From contig NC_092676.1 in the NCBI RefSeq assembly GCF_964355755.1, positions 22,958,871-23,022,870 of the forward strand: 64,000 nucleotides of DNA. Direction: 5' to 3'. Made by a program: the position numbers and the translations under genes. The notes below the pieces were generated by a model that was not told the origin of the DNA, ran no database searches, and saw only the letters and a program-made list of their open reading frames with translations. This document shows positions 62,344-64,000 of this stretch, one piece after another. Each line of letters starts with the position of its first letter. Position 1 is the stretch's first letter. The DNA is from Antedon mediterranea. Lineage: Eukaryota; Animalia; Echinodermata.

Positions 62344-64000
62344 CTGTAAAACAAAATTACAGTCTCCAATCAATGCATGAAAACTAGGTGCTTTAAATAA
62401 ATTTGAGTTTTTGTACATTAAATATAGGATTAAATATTTGTACTGACTGTATAGGCAATGTTCTTTCCGTTAAAAATAAAAAGCACAATTCCAGTCTCTC
62501 ATGTACTGCATGCAAAAACGTACACTTAGATTTGCGAAAAACATTTTATAACCCACATCTGAATTTAATCTATTAGGCATGCATAGTATGTGAACTTCAG
62601 AACATGCTTAAGATAAATTCAGAAACCTGCTATTGCTAAAGAATTTAAAGTAATAAAGGCCTTTCAGGGAGATTGAAGCAAGCATGGCCATACTCCACAG
62701 CATGAACCCTTTTAGCATAACAAAACAAACTGCCCACATTACTGTATATGTTTATTTTTTAAAAGATCAGTTTAACAATGTCAATGTCACCATGTTTCCA
62801 TACAAAATCGAAATAAATATTCAATTTTCGTTATTAATTTATTTCACTTTGATCTAATAATGACCTACTGTTTATACTACAGTACGAAAGAGGGTTTTCA
62901 ATTTAGAAATGAGGGTTGAGTATAGCCTCTGAGTGGACTAGATGAAAATATGCATGATCAATTGAGAGATGGCAGGTAGAATACAAAATACAATGTACAT
63001 GCCAGAATGTAACACAAAAGGAGAGAGTTAACTTAGTCTGATTTTAATAGTATTACTTCAGTAATCATTTAGATATACTGCAGTATTGCACATTGGTATG
63101 GTAATATTTCTGTATCTACTACAGTAAATATTATTAGCAATGAGATCACAGTTCCAGAAATTGCACATTTTTAGCTTTAGCACAAGTACAAAAGTAAAGG
63201 TGTAATAAATAAACACAGAGTAAGTCTACTGTATGATACAGTAAGTAACTGTATAGTTACTGAACTTTTAATTGTACACCGTGGGAAATTCTATGATTAC
63301 AAATTTAGAATTAATGCTTTTATATTAATAAAATAACTTGGTGTTGATTGTTGATCAAACTATTTTGTTGTTTTGTTACCCATAATACACTATTCATCCC
63401 CTGCGTATGCATTCTTTATTGATTATTACAGTGTCAACAGTAGGAAATTCATTCAAAAAAACTTTATTGTTTAATATTACTGGGCATGTCTATACACGTT
63501 TTCCACATTTTGAGATCATTGCCTCACTACAGGGGATCAGTCAGAAGTTGGAAAGGAGGTGAATTATTTTCATAAAAATCGACCTTGTAACAAGATTAAA
63601 AGTTGTTAAGATTCAATGATGTGCAGGGCTAGCCTATGGCTGGGCTAGCCTACAGCTGATAACATCAATTTCCCATGGGCTACGAGCCTAATTTCTTGCT
63701 ACATGTCGTTTTACCTAGTTATTAATTTGATAGGATGTCTGCAAAAATTCTTTAGACAAGACATTCCAATGAAATACCATACTGTACTTAATGTTGTCAA
63801 ATAAACTGGAGGTTTAATTAGTTCCACATGAAATGAAATCAGATTGCCAATACACCTTGGTATGAGCATGGAGGAAATCCATGGTATGAGAGGTGTACTT
63901 GATTCTGAACAACTCTAGAAAATTGAGACTGGTCAAATTAAACAAACTTTGAAACAAAACAAATTGACTCAACAATGAAATTCATTTACAGTTTTTTCAA

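Overview
AT-rich eukaryotic (animal) genomic DNA, probably a marine invertebrate and possibly an echinoderm; that taxon is inferred from the gene and repeat content only. No prokaryotic features are present, and most ORFs in the supplied track are spurious or are single exons. I reconstructed three spliced minus-strand units by hand from GT-AG boundaries and reading phase. (1) A complete 11-exon LNX1/2-type RING-PDZ E3 ligase gene (60844->42454, 589 aa). (2) A signal peptide + Reeler-domain gene (35263->33468), followed by a 4263-bp block triplicated in tandem (19428-~32290). Each block carries four phase-1 Notch/fibropellin-type EGF exons, but the link from the Reeler exons to these EGF exons looks broken. 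(3) A complete 13-exon secreted protein made of a signal peptide plus 12 EGF repeats (19071->3327, 500 aa). The rest is transposon-rich: many Harbinger-type MITEs, a 1.3-kb non-autonomous Helitron, a Helentron/DINE-like element, a tRNA-derived SINE, a palindromic satellite (1-1962), a 30-bp satellite and a 1.85-kb GAT-derived repeat. All coordinates were read by eye, and no database search was possible.
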